A stretch of DNA of 58,115 bases, filler included, from Sphacelaria rigidula (taxonomy: Eukaryota): the NCBI GenBank assembly GCA_964200075.2. It is 7 parts of 7 records of this genome, joined end to end, with 100 filler letters (N's around TTAATTAATTAA, not from the genome) between each part and the next. Parts side by side here need not be neighbours in the genome. Positions count along the whole stretch, not along the records: positions 49,901 to 58,115 come from CAXNAA020011889.1; 6 more parts are not named here. One strand, written 5' to 3'. A model generated the notes under the pieces. It had not been told where the DNA came from, searched no databases, and worked only from the letters and a program-made list of their open reading frames with translations. Shown here piece by piece: positions 50,040 to 58,115 of this stretch; positions within the stretch are counted from its first letter, which is position 1; each line of letters opens with the position of its first letter. Made by a program: the position numbers and the translations under genes.

Positions 50040-53000
50040 AAATCGTGGATTTGGTGATTCAAACCCGTGATGATTCGTCCTAACCGTGTAAGGCTCTTCT
50101 TTGGTATCCTAAGAAGCAGTCGGGCTACTGGCACACTGACAAGCAGGCAACTCAAATTGTGCTGGCCCAGGGTCGTCGATAAAACGTATGGCATACGCCC
50201 TGATGTCGTTGGGATGATCAAAATGGACCTGACCGAGCCACCAGAACTTGTCGCTGCCCTTACTTTATCAAGAGATCCCTGTAGGATGGCCGTAATCTGT
50301 TGAGTAACTTTTTTATCAGGGATGTGTACGGGGGACAATCCGCTCCGCGGTGTGGATTTTTTTTCTGAAACCTCACGGAGTGGAGCGGAGCGGATATCCA
50401 ACTGTGTGAAAAAAAGCGGATTATGACGGAGCGGATATCCGCCATTAAAAACGTCAGGGGTTATTGCGGAGCGGGTATCCGGCCTTGATCATGTCACGGA
50501 GCGGAGCGGATTGTTCGAATATGGTACGGAGCGGAGCCAAGTGGATATCCGCCAGTGGGAAAAAACACGGATAGTCACGGAGCGAATATCCTCCCGCTAC
50601 AAATGCACGGGTTATTGTGGAGCAGGTATCCGTCGAACGGATTTTTCCGCACAAACCGCGACAGCTCCCCACCGTGCACCGTCGCAGTAATCCGTGAATA
50701 TATACGGTTATCCGCGAAAGTTGTGTGAACATCCTCGATCAATACCAAAAAGTACGAAATGAGTTGTTTTGCTGGGACTTCCGGCTGCTGGACAAGAGAG
50801 ACAGCGGATCAAATAGTGCACAGCATATAACGTCGCATCCCTGGAGAAAAAAACAAAAAATCAATCGAGAATGTTGAATATGAGATATTTGAATGTCATT
50901 CTACAGCACAAGGCGACGGGGGGCGGGGTAGCAGACGCGCAACAGTAGCAGCGCCTGACCCAGGACTACGGCTATCCACCACAAGACAAAGCATGGAATA
51001 TATTCCTCAAGAATGACGTCAGCAGCAGCACAGCAGTTTTCAACTGAAAAGGGAGATTTTCGTAGTGTTTCAGCAGTCGGGGATATTCGAAAGTATTTTC
51101 GCGTGCCACCGCTTGTCCCAGTGAACGTTTGATCCCAAAGTTCGGGGATCGGGAGATACTGGGCATCCTTTCCACATTCCGACATAAGATCACGTCTTTG
51201 CTCATTATTGAACGATTCACGGGCTGACCCTTTTTTTGCTTATACAGAACGATAGTTTTACGCTTCAAATTCTAAATTCGGCATTCGGAACAATTAATTT
51301 CTTTCGTAGAATTTCGTGGCTTTTGCGTTCGTGGAATTTCGTGGCTTTTCAGCGGTTTGGTATGTGTTATGCGACGGAGAACAAACGAATAAAGTACAGA
51401 GTGCGGACTTTCAGAACCGTATCGGCAAATTGCTCATCCAGGGCGAAATTTTTTATACTTCGAATTCTAAGTTATCCGGCATTCGGAACAAACTCGTCCG
51501 TGGAAATCCGTGGCTATTCAGCGATTCGATCCGTAACTTTTCCTACGGGGAACGCACGGATGACCTACGGAATGGATAAAACCGCACCGTAGAAAAACCG
51601 CGTTTCACGGTTCCAACCGCGCAGCTGTAATCCATACAAAGCGGAGCGTTTTTTTTAGTTGTCACGGAGCCGAGCGGAGTGGATATCCGTACCTCGGAAA
51701 ATTCACGCATTATTGCGGAGCGGATACCCAACCTTGATTAATGTCACGGAGCGGAGCGGATTTTCGAATATGGTACAGGGCGGAACGGAGCGGGTATCCG
51801 TCTCTACAAATGCCACGGAGCGGTGCGGTTTGTGAAACCGCACCGTAATAATCCGCTCCGCGGATTCATCCTGAATCCTTACACATCCCTGCGTTTCATG
51901 CGACATGGGGTATAAGCTCGTAGCCAGAGGCACTTGAGTGCAGAGATCTGACAAGGTGAAGCTCGTGAAATGCTGCGCGGCAGCGCATGTTGCGGTACTT
52001 GCTGTTACGCTCCATGTGTTGTTGAGGTTCCATTAAAAACAAAAAAAACTCACGACGACGTAGCTGGAGATCGGATTCACGGTCCCAGGATGCTCGGAGA
52101 AGGCCATGCCAAGGAGTCTCGAACTTGACGGCAACCTTACCACCGCGGCGACGAGCTAGATGGAGGCTGGGAAATTCCTCAGGTATTTCCAGGCGCAATA
52201 CTTGTTTGGGAAGCTCATCAATAGGGACGTGGTGGGGCGGCGATTTCGTGAAGTAGTTGTTGAGCACATGTCGAGTGAGAGCAGTAGGAGGGTGTTTGGG
52301 CATATCACGTATGTCGTGTGGACTAATGCAGCGTTTGCAGCAGCGGATCACCGACACACGGGGTTTAGCTTCGATTCTTGAAAATCTGTTGGCAAGCTCT
52401 AGAAAACGGTGCATTGGGAGCGAGTCCAGTACATGCGTTGGCCGAATTGATGCATGTCAGCATGATGTCGGAGGGATGAAAGTCTCCAACGTCTTGACGG
52501 CCATCTACAACCGTGGGCAACATCTGGGTCATGGTATGGTTTGCCCTCTCGGTATCATCATTGCCGCTGGGGTGGCAGGCGCTCGTGGCGATCTTGCGGA
52601 TGCCCATGAGCTCGTACGGGGCGGTTGGGAGGTCCCGCAAACCTCTGATGATGGTCACAGAGGAGCTGTGTTGGAAAGTCATAGGCGCTTCATGTACTCT
52701 GAAACAAGGATGTCGACTGTCTCAGCCCCTGCTCAATTGCTGGCTGTTACCGGCTACAGAAGCCGCGTGACGGCTGAAACTGCTGAAACTGACACGATCA
52801 GTGACCAGAGGAAAGCATGCGTTTCTAGGATTTGTGACTGTTGGAAGGCAAAGATTGCCGAAAGACGCAAAATAGTTGGGTCCGTTCGTTACTGCCATAA
52901 ATGAATAGACGAGAGGGCTATTTGTCGGGAGGTCATTCATGCTTGGCAACAAAAACATCGCCGCACCCGGTAAGGAGTGGGGGCCTCCATGCCGATTCAC

Positions 53001-56000
53001 CAGTAGAATCGCTCTAGCATCGTCGTGGTGCGGGTAGCATCTAGGTAGGGTGACAAATCAGTGCGGCATCCTTTCATGACCAAAGAGGGCACTAGCAAAG
53101 GGACCTATATGCGTGTTGGCTTGTTACTGAGAATTACACCTGGTGATCGGTGGCAGCAGCGGAGCTTGTATCAGGTGAAGGGGTGACACAGCGGACAAGC
53201 AGCTGTTCGCCGTATCCTCTGTGAGGAGTCCGCTTTTGCGTACGACTTTGTAAGTATCGCCAACTACCGGTGCAGGAAGGGCAACAACCGCAGTTAAAAT
53301 ATCTGACGGGAACGGGACCGGGCGACCAAACTGTAGGTACTTCATTGCCGCGCCGCAAAGGGTTTCCTCTCGTTGTTCACATGTCTCATCGCGATGAGAA
53401 TAGCTAGCGTGAATATCCAGGTTGTCCTTCCACCGGTGATGCAACCCAGCAAGGCGGAGCAGGATGCGGTGGAATGGGTAACGGGGAAGTGTCGGGTCGG
53501 GATCAGCGTTTTTCGGGGCAAAGCGAGGAGACGAAGAGGTGGGTTGTGCCCCTGTGGGAGGTAGCGGAGGTGTCGTCGTGTGCGGCGAGGGTGGAGCGTG
53601 ATGAGTACACGAGTTGTTCGAGCAAGATTCATAAAACCCTCAGTGGAGTCTGACACGGTTGACGGGGACGAAAGCGCTCCCACCAGCATGCTGGTGTCGA
53701 GACATTGAAGATTGAGGACGCAGGTCCGCGTCAAAAAGTTGGGGAAATACCGGGCTTGTTGAAATCAGGGAGCGAGCATCCTGCGCTGGGATCAATGCTA
53801 TAACCGGCCGTCGGGCGCACGGTAAGGCAGGAGAGAACATCTGCATCTCTATTGGACTTGCCCAGGAGGTGTTTGGCGTTGGATCGATAGTGCGTGAGAA
53901 TTCCAATCAGCGTTGAATTTGTGGGATGTGCTCACCAACTGTAGCAAGCTGTTTCAGATACTCGTGATCCGTTCATATTTTAAACAGCACGTGGAAGAAA
54001 TATTAGCGAAGGCGGGTAAATCGCCCAGGCGAGGATACCACCTTTCAACTCGAGCGTGGTCCAGATGTGCTCATTACGCAGAGTGGTGCAACTGATGTAG
54101 AGAATGGGCCGAACACATCCGCCGAGCTGAGGTTGGTCAAGCATCGCACCGTAACCGTCCGGACTAGCTCGTGTATGCAATTGGAACAGAAGATAATAAT
54201 CTTGAACCACACCCCAGCCGGGACAGCTTCACACGGGTTTTTCGTAGAGCATTTTCAATAACGCGCGTACAGTGGTCTCCATTCGCAGGGGTGAAAGGGA
54301 ATGCGACACCCTATTCGAAGAACACCGTGGTGGGTCAAAGCCGCGTGGACGAATTCGGCAGCAGTGTGAATTAGTTGAAGAGTTCACCCAAGACAGCCCT
54401 GAATTGAGAGATATTTGTAAGCGTCGGCATTTCGGTCATGGCAGCGACCTTGTTAGTAAGGTGAGATGAAGTGTTCTAGTGAGTCTGAATCAGCAGCAGG
54501 ATCGATTCGGACTTTAGACGAGGACAGCTTTAGATCACGTGTACGAATCGGGAGAGGAATATTTGCAGGGTGCGCACATGAGCAGCTGATGGGACATCAT
54601 AGGCCAAGAGTCATCGAGATACATTATCATGTGTTCCAGACCGCCTGTGACACGCTGCATCGAGCGTTGGAAAGACCCTGGCGCGAATGCGGCACCTTAC
54701 CGTACGCGCAGCCATTGGTGGCGTTCAGAGGAGTGCAAAATACAGTGAGTGGAATAGGATCAGGGTGAACAGCATTCTGGAAAAAATCCATAAGCGGGAT
54801 CGAATGTAATACATACTGAATCCTTCGCCCTTGTCCGAAGACTTGGTCAATGCGCGGTGTTAGGAGCTTGTCGACGACAATGACACGTTCTAACCATTGG
54901 TAGTATACGAAGTATGATGATTCGTATGTTGCTATCGCTTTTGGGGACGGCCACTGAAGTCAAGGCCCGAGGAGAAGAGAAATGCTGGACCAAGCCAACT
55001 CTCACGTATGAATCCAGTCCAGCCTTCACTTTTTCGGTGAGAAATGGGTTTGTCCGATTGGCCTCGAAGAAAATGAGCGAGGAACCCGCTTGAAGTCGAA
55101 GGATAGCTTCTGGCAACGCCCTACATCAGTTGGTGACGTGGGAAAGTAACCTCAATACCGCAAATGCTCGAGTAAAATTTGGTACACTTTCGGATCACGG
55201 CTGGTTTACACCTGGGCCCATGACGGTCGAAGTTGATGTTGCACAAATACGGTGGCAACTGACCATACATGTGAAGGATGCGGCGTCTAGAATCGTCAGA
55301 GACGTTGTAACACTTGAGCAAGGGGGTCATTAGTCGATGGGGGCGGGATCCAACTTGTGGATCTGCGGTGATATCGGAGACTTGCTTCTGAAAAGAAACT
55401 TCGTCAACGATGAGGGCGTGGCGTAATGCGTCTGGAGATCATCGATTGAAGTCTCCAAGGGTACGTGCATCAAATGGACCTCGATGATCCCGAAGTATCG
55501 CCGGAATCCAACCCGTGTCGTATGACAGGAAAATGTTTCCTGCAGGCACAAACCCGTCTTCATCAGCGGGAATGTCAAGTCGCGGTTGCATTTCGGTCGA
55601 ATAGTGCCCTCTCAGTGCGTGCATGCCATTCTGACGTACCAACGCGACTTCCAGGGGTTGTGGGGTCATCAGAGAGAATGACGTCAACACCACCATCACA
55701 TCGGAGATGAGCGCCAGCTCCTCGAGCAAGTGGGTTTCTCTGGCATGCTCAAGTGCCGCTCAGAGTACCCACGGCTTCGAATGTGTACTTTCCAAGTGGC
55801 CTCGCCTGTGGTGATGCGGGTGGCAGAGCGTGGTATGTTCGATTGTCGAACTGCATGTACGCTATCGTGACCAAGCAGCAGCGCGTGATTCGTGGTGGTT
55901 TCTGGTGCGACACACTCTGCCCGTGAGGCTGGCAGAACGGTTTTCTCTGAAAAATCTGTACGCTGAGACGAAGAGCCGTTTCGATAGTCAACGGTGCCGT

Positions 56001-56800
56001 TGAGTAGCCAAAACCACACGATACGCGAGGTGCAGTGGTGACTTCACAAGCGGTGGAAGCAGGGCCGATCTGTTTCACATGCTCCCAGGTGGCTTATCGA
56101 ATAAACGTTTGCAGGGTACTGCTGTCAGAAAGGAACACGAATTTCAGAGGCGCGGGCACATATGGTCCACGGTGGATCCGTGACAACCGTGCCACGCACA
56201 AGATCTGGCCCGTGTTTAGGATGGATGAACCGATCAGGGCGGGCAGAATTTACAGTGAGAAAGGGTATGAGTTGGTACGCAGGAGGAGTGGTTACACATT
56301 CGGTGAGTACAGAGCTCGCCACTTCAACACTTGTAGGGATATGAGATTGATCAACTGAAATGTCATGAATAGCCGATTTGTGGAGACAGGGGTCAGGGCT
56401 ACTTTTAGATTTGGCCTCTTGGGCGCAAATAACGGCGGTAGACTAAGTGTGGGGGTTCTTTTGGGAAAAATATGCCTCTTCTGGGATGTCAGACAAAACA
56501 TAGGAACTCGAAGTCTTGGTATCATGAACTGCATGAGGACAAGGTGTTCCACTGAAAGGAGGGGGAGGGGGCATGAGTTGCGCTCATCATCGAAGCAATG
56601 TACACAGGGCATCTCCTTTTGTCTTGTAAAAACGGGTGATCTCGGATGAATTAGAGTAGACCCCACGTGGTGAAGAGTCCGGGTAAGGGTTGCGGGCTCT
56701 CTGACGGCAAGGTTGACCGCGAATTCGACGTTGCAGCATTGGTTGGGCGAGCAACACTAGACTCAGCCGGCGGTACATCCTTACGCTGTGGCCATTGCGA
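50040..56800 (-). mobile_element. Decayed Ty3/Gypsy element (second family), LTRs not identified; ends approximate
   Basis: RT PRIDQV, GFFQNAVHPDPIPLTVFCTP and YLDD (54610-54621); RNase H ASPDGYGAMLDQ..RPILYIS; integrase ATSACHPSGNDDTERANHTM; chromodomain VKFETPWHGLLRASWDRESDL. Confidence 0.88.
50317..51891 (-). mobile_element. Non-autonomous hAT DNA transposon nested in the Gypsy integrase tail
   Basis: Perfect 12-bp TIR CAGGGATGTGTA/TACACATCCCTG; degenerate 8-bp flanks TTTTTTAT/CGTTTCAT; subterminal CGGAGCGGA arrays at both ends; frameshifted AVA-RKYFRISPTAE..FS resembles the hAT C-terminal dimerisation motif (~51040-51115). Confidence 0.85.
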
Positions 56801-56849
56801 GGAAAGGAGCTTGTTCGGGCTGACCAGGCGGGGAATGGTTCGATTAGAC

Positions 56850-57087
56850 CAAGGGTGTGTTGGGTAAGGTATTACTTATGCCTGAGTATTTTGAAAAATC
56901 GTACTGAATGAACCCAAGCCTCGGGTAGAGTATTGATGTCGTACTCAACGATACCCATATATTGGGTAAAGTACTGCGATCTTACTTAATTTCACCCAGT
57001 ATTTGGGTAGAGATTGGAGAGCAGACCGTCGCGACACGAAATTTGAAAAAGTATACCCGGGTATTTACCCTACTCAACACACCCTTG
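56850..57087. mobile_element. Short member of the TACCC-array hAT-like family
   Basis: TIRs CAAGGGTGTGTTGGGTAAGGTA / TACCCTACTCAACACACCCTTG; flanks GATTAGAC/AAATAGAT (5 of 8 match). Confidence 0.8.
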
Positions 57088-57840
57088 AAATAGATCAAGT
57101 TCACATCAATATCACTGGGCTCAACAAAGGGAGATCCACCACCGTTGCGTACCATTGGGAGAATAAGCCGCAGTCCTGGCAAATGGTAGCTTATTTCCCT
57201 CTCCTCCGTTCAGTACCCATCTCTGGATAGTCAAGTCCAGATTTGGGATGTGAGGCAACGTGGCGGTTACGCTGGAGTGGGAGGGGTGGCGGCGGGAAGG
57301 TGTGATTAGGCCGTCACTGGCGCGCAATGTGGTCATCCATCGAAACGTGCAAGAAAAGGGTCTCTGCGACCAACAGGAGTGGGCACCTATGAACAATGAG
57401 AAAACTTCTGAGCGCACGTCCACGAGATCTAGAGTGGTTGCTTGTAAAGAAACAGTCGAGGGCTCGGAAGCGGTAGAAGCGCAAGCCTTTTGGTATGGCG
57501 GGCGGTGGGTTCCTTGTGAATGATTGCCGTGCACAACGCATCTACAGAAGCGTGAAAGACTTCTTACGTCGATAGCACTTTTGGACTGAAAAAAAGGATT
57601 CAACGTGGGAACTGCTCGGCCACACCATTGCGAATGTAGGGCAGACACATACTGTAAATAGGGCCCTTTGTCCATACACTTCCGATGGTGATCGCTACCA
57701 AAACCCTAAATTCTCGCAGATGATCTGCCGAAGGAACGCTGGTGCTCACCGAACATGATCCAAGGTACCGGGTGGCACTAGCTTGACTACTCCAGTCAAA
57801 CTACAGGCTGGTTCACGCCTATCACCCAAAAAACTCATCG

Positions 57841-58108
57841 GCAAAACTTCACGCCGTTTGAAGGAGTTAGATCCTGATATTTTGCACGAATCTTCTATGG
57901 ATCATTACGCAACTTTGCAGGTACGATTTTTTGTTTGATTTTTTTCACCGCTTCTCAGGGGTCTCAGTTTTTTGGGAAAACCTCGACCCAATCGGACCCG
58001 CGTAAAACGGTACAAAAAAAACGTTCCTGCAAAGTTGCGTAATGTCCCAAAGCACAGTTGTGCAAAATTTCAGGGTCTAACTCCTTAAAACGGCGTGGAG
58101 GTTTTTGG
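57841..58108. mobile_element. MITE-like inverted repeat with ~95-bp arms, possibly truncated by window end
   Basis: AAAACTTCACGCCGTTTGAAGGAGTTAGATCCTGA...CATTACGCAACTTTGCAGG pairs with CCTGCAAAGTTGCGTAATG...TCAGGGTCTAACTCCTTAAAACGGCGTGGAGGTTTT. Confidence 0.8.
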
Positions 58109-58115
58109 CCTTTGT

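Overview
Eukaryotic, transposon-rich nuclear DNA, most likely from a brown alga or another stramenopile. That assignment is inference from TTAGGG repeats, spliceosomal introns, a WVDD-type Ty3/Gypsy RT and possible EsV-1-7-like repeats. The window is not one locus. It is seven contigs (8217, 8217, 8217, 8217, 8216, 8216 and 8215 bp) sorted by size and joined by 100-bp N44-TTAATTAATTAA-N44 linkers, so nothing should be inferred across linkers. Two host genes are supported: an intronless ~521-aa three-TM protein with a Cys-containing acidic ectodomain (3314-4879), and three frame-compatible exons of a DUF4291-like protein (37659-40354) whose domain is split by a long low-complexity insert. Mobile DNA dominates. 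It includes a full-length but inactivated chromodomain Gypsy (42432-48908) with discordant LTRs and a foldback MITE in its 3' LTR, and a second decayed Gypsy on the minus strand whose integrase ends in a chromodomain plus a PWWP/Tudor-like module, interrupted by a hAT element. It also includes a MITE family carrying internal TTAGGG repeats, TACCC-array hAT-like elements, Tourist- and CACTA-like MITEs, a tRNA-derived SINE, (CAAT)n-tailed retroelement ends, a solo LTR and several long hairpins. No rRNA, bona fide tRNA or CRISPR array is supported. All protein-family calls are from motif recognition by eye, not database searches.
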